Source of the DNA: an uncultured Bacillales bacterium
GTDB lineage: Bacteria > Bacillota_I > Bacilli_A > RFN20 > CAG-826
Reading direction: 5' to 3'
DNA length: 64,000 nt
Assembly (NCBI GenBank): GCA_903845135.1
Contig: CAIMWL010000025.1
Location: 528 to 64,527 of the forward strand
In this document: positions 62,123-64,000 of the stretch, piece by piece
Layout: each line of letters opens with the position of its first letter
How positions within the stretch are numbered: position 1 is the stretch's first letter
Translations under genes and position numbers: made by a program
The notes under the pieces: model-generated
Told to the model about the DNA's origin: nothing
The model's database searches: none
Seen by the model: only the letters and a program-made list of their open reading frames with translations

Positions 62123-62281
62123 GTTGATAAGGTTGAATGGACTAAAGAAAGTGAACCTTTCCTCTCACCCATTATCACAACCTTCGCTAACTCCGTTAAC
62201 GTTATCAAGCGTGCATAAATATTATGCAAAGTAAGGTGGTACCACGCATTAGCGTCCTTTCAAGGGCGTTTTTGTTTTTTT
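62123..62281 (+). promoter_or_regulatory. T-box leader (Leu) with terminator, upstream of leuS
   Basis: The Stem I base is GTTGATAA...TTATCACAAC. The candidate specifier is CUC followed by A (62164-62167). Stem III is TGCATAA at ATTATGCA. The T-box core is AAGGTGGTACCACG (62233-62246). The terminator is GCGTCC tttcaa GGGCGT plus a T-run (62252-62281). Confidence 0.8.
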
Positions 62282-62292
62282 AGGAGGAATTT

Positions 62293-64000
62293 ATGGGATT
62301 TGACCATAAGACAATCGAACCCAAATGGCAACAGTTTTGGGATGATCGAAAAGTTTTTTACACCAATGTCTATGATTTTTCAAAACCGAAATATTACATT
62401 CTCGATATGTTTCCATATCCTTCCGCTCAAGGTTTACATGTGGGACATCCAGAAGGTTATACCGCAACGGATATTGTTGCAAGAATGAAAAGAATGCAGG
62501 GCTTTAATGTCCTCCATCCAATGGGTTGGGATGCCTTTGGTTTACCGGCAGAACAATATGCTTTGAAAACCAATCACCACCCGATGGGTTTTACCGAAAA
62601 AAATATTGCCAATATTAAAAAGCAAATCAAAGCCTTAGGTTTTAGTTATGACTGGTCTAAAGAAATTGCCACTACTGATCCTCAGTATTATAAATGGACA
62701 CAATGGATTTTTATTAAATTATTAGAAAAAGGGTTAGCTTATATTGATGAAAAACCCGTCAATTTTTGTCCGGCTTTAGGAACGGTCCTTGCGAATGAAG
62801 AAGTCGTAAATGGAAAATCAGAGGTCGGTGGTTTTCCTGTAGAAAGAAGAATGATGCGTCAATGGGTTTTAAAGATTACGGCTTATGCTGAAAAATTATT
62901 AACAGGGTTAGACCAGGTGGATTGGCCAAATTCAACTAGGGATATGCAAAAAAATTGGATCGGAAAATCGACCGGGACTGAAATCGTTTTTGAGGTAAAA
63001 CAATCCAAGGAAACGTTCACCGTCTATACCACTCGTGCCGACACTTTATATGGTGCAACCTATGTCGTGCTTGCACCCGAACACCCATTACTTAAAAAAA
63101 TTACGACACCATCGCAAAGAAACCATGTGGAAAGTTATCTTCAAAACACCGCGACCAAATCTGATCTAGATCGGACCGAATTAAATAAAGACAAAACTGG
63201 TGTCTTCACTGGTGCATTTGCCATCAATCCAATCAATGGGGAAGCGTTACCGATTTGGACTGCGGATTATGTTCTCTATGGTTATGGAACAGGTGCAGTG
63301 ATGGCAGTCCCCGCCCATGATGAACGCGATTTTGAGTTTGCCAAAAAATACGAATTACCTATTCGTCCTGTCATTGAAGGTAGTAGCGACCATGCAGCCA
63401 TGGTTGAGGATGGTCGTCATATCCATTCACCTCTCATCAATGGTTTGATGAATGAACAGGCTAAAAAAGTCATCACCGAAAAACTGATTTCATTGAAAAA
63501 AGGTCAATTTAAAACGAATTACAAACTTCGTGACTGGTTATTTTCTCGTCAGCGATATTGGGGTGAACCTATTCCGGTCTTAATTAGCAAAAAAGATGGA
63601 AGCATCGTTCCATTAAAGTTAAATCAATTACCTCTACTATTACCAGAATTAAAAGAATTTAAACCTTCTGGTACCGGCGAGTCTCCATTAGCGAATGCTA
63701 TCGATTGGTTGGATGTGGTGATGGATGGTAAAGCGTATGTGAGGGAGACAAACACCATGCCACAATGGGCTGGAAGTTGTTGGTATTACATTCGTTACTT
63801 AGATCCCAAGAATAACCAAGTTATCGCCGATGAAAAACTGCTTAAACATTGGTTACCTGTTGATCTTTATATCGGCGGTGCGGAACATGCAGTATTACAC
63901 CTGTTGTATGCTCGTTTTTACCATAAATTTTTGTTTGATATTGGTGTAGTCCATACCGAGGAACCATTTAAAAAATTATTTCACCAAGGCATGATCCTTG
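62293..64000 (+). CDS. leuS: Leucyl-tRNA synthetase (3' end outside window)
   Basis: Absent from the ORF track because no stop occurs in the window. The translation reads [24 protein letters not shown]...[22 protein letters not shown] (HIGH-type HVGH). AGGAGG lies 5-6 nt upstream. Confidence 0.93.
   Translation, partial: MGFDHKTIEPKWQQFWDDRKVFYTNVYDFSKPKYYILDMFPYPSAQGLHVGHPEGYTATDIVARMKRMQGFNVLHPMGWDAFGLPAEQYALKTNHHPMGFTEKNIANIKKQIKALGFSYDWSKEIATTDPQYYKWTQWIFIKLLEKGLAYIDEKPVNFCPALGTVLANEEVVNGKSEVGGFPVERRMMRQWVLKITAYAEKLLTGLDQVDWPNSTRDMQKNWIGKSTGTEIVFEVKQSKETFTVYTTRADTLYGATYVVLAPEHPLLKKITTPSQRNHVESYLQNTATKSDLDRTELNKDKTGVFTGAFAINPINGEALPIWTADYVLYGYGTGAVMAVPAHDERDFEFAKKYELPIRPVIEGSSDHAAMVEDGRHIHSPLINGLMNEQAKKVITEKLISLKKGQFKTNYKLRDWLFSRQRYWGEPIPVLISKKDGSIVPLKLNQLPLLLPELKEFKPSGTGESPLANAIDWLDVVMDGKAYVRETNTMPQWAGSCWYYIRYLDPKNNQVIADEKLLKHWLPVDLYIGGAEHAVLHLLYARFYHKFLFDIGVVHTEEPFKKLFHQGMIL

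Noticed and set aside
62291-62488. Two ~62-aa ORFs (62291-62482 minus, 62300-62488 plus) listed in the track.
   Set aside because: They overlap the 5' end of the real leuS frame (62293 onward, open to the window end), which the track omitted for lack of a stop codon.

Overview
This is a gene-dense, low-GC chromosomal segment that reads cleanly with the standard code; TGA is used as a stop, for example in rsmD, rpe and the giant ORF. Local gene order is Firmicutes/Mollicutes-like: ylbF-rsmD-coaD; spx-CYTH-nadK; priA ... rsmB-like-rlmN-stp-prkC-rsgA-rpe ... rpmB. PrkC is kinase-only, no cell-wall gene is present, and there are several membrane-lipid genes. From this I guess an Acholeplasma-like wall-less organism or a close relative, but this is unverified inference. 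I call about 60 CDSs and 5 solitary tRNAs (Leu-GAG, Ser-GGA, Ser-CGA, Ser-GCU, Gly-UCC, all with encoded CCA). I also call a SAM-I-like riboswitch before metK, a T-box before leuS, and a few promoters and terminators. Most of the window is housekeeping: aaRSs, metK, eno, RNase J, def, priA, gmk and others. I saw no CRISPR array, transposase, integrase or phage gene. The main things that stand out are:
1. A 2418-aa cysteine-free acidic repeat protein with a CvpA-like membrane anchor (38430-45686). It sits divergent from a CPBP-protease/TraX/thioredoxin operon and is followed closely by an Mrp ATPase gene.
2. A tightly packed GNAT-like / HX4D-acyltransferase / GltS-like transporter module, reminiscent of two-step aminolipid pathways.
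3. A translationally coupled rdgB / HxxxDG condensation-like acyltransferase / zinc-ribbon polytopic membrane protein operon.
4. Two tRNA-Ser genes, each placed exactly 9 nt upstream of a membrane or exported protein gene, plus several apparently leaderless genes.
5. A degenerate GGDEF-EAL-like membrane protein overlapping proS, and an RsmB-like protein that has lost its SAM-binding and nucleophile motifs.
All functional calls come from reading motifs by eye. No database search was run.
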